In this document: positions 63,905-64,000 of the stretch, piece by piece
Numbering within the stretch: the stretch's first letter is position 1
How the letters are laid out: each line of letters begins with the position of its first letter
Origin: Azolla caroliniana
Lineage: Eukaryota; Plantae; Polypodiophyta
Direction: 5' to 3'
Assembly: GCA_043228905.1 (NCBI GenBank)
Contig: JBHGNT010000003.1
Location: forward strand, 24,986,001 to 25,050,000
Length of the DNA: 64,000 nt
Position numbers and translations under genes: made by a program
Notes under the pieces: generated by a model
Seen by the model: only the letters and a program-made list of their open reading frames with translations
The model's database searches: none
What the model was told of the DNA's origin: nothing

Positions 63905-64000
63905 CCTATAATACATAGTACATACATAGAGCTTGCTTGGGTTTAGGGAAATTGCGATTCGTACCCCTGTAGAGAAGTTTCCGGAAATCGTGTGGGAAAG

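Overview
AT-rich eukaryotic nuclear DNA from a land plant: GT-AG spliced genes, many (GA)n/(CT)n microsatellites and decayed retroelements. The RTE-X-like LINEs would fit a non-seed plant such as a fern, but that is inference. I could assemble four protein-coding genes exon by exon with phase-consistent junctions: VPS53 (GARP subunit, 24 exons, + strand, 145-18532), an NT-C2/EEIG1-domain coiled-coil protein (9 coding exons, +, 25009-33909), an R2R3-MYB of the MYB20/42/43/85 type (3 exons, +, 53958-56398) and a GT-gamma (HRA1-like) trihelix factor (-, 60988-62370). The window also has a tRNA-Glu(TTC) gene, an internally deleted LTR retrotransposon with intact target-site duplication (TSD), several LINE and gypsy relics, and many local tandem duplications. 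I found no clearly new multi-gene system. The best leads are regulatory: a Met-Cys-initiated overlapping uORF on the HRA1-like gene, a telo-box plus GAGA cluster on the MYB gene, purine-rich decayed arrays in 5' introns, and a spliced-looking unit right behind the tRNA.
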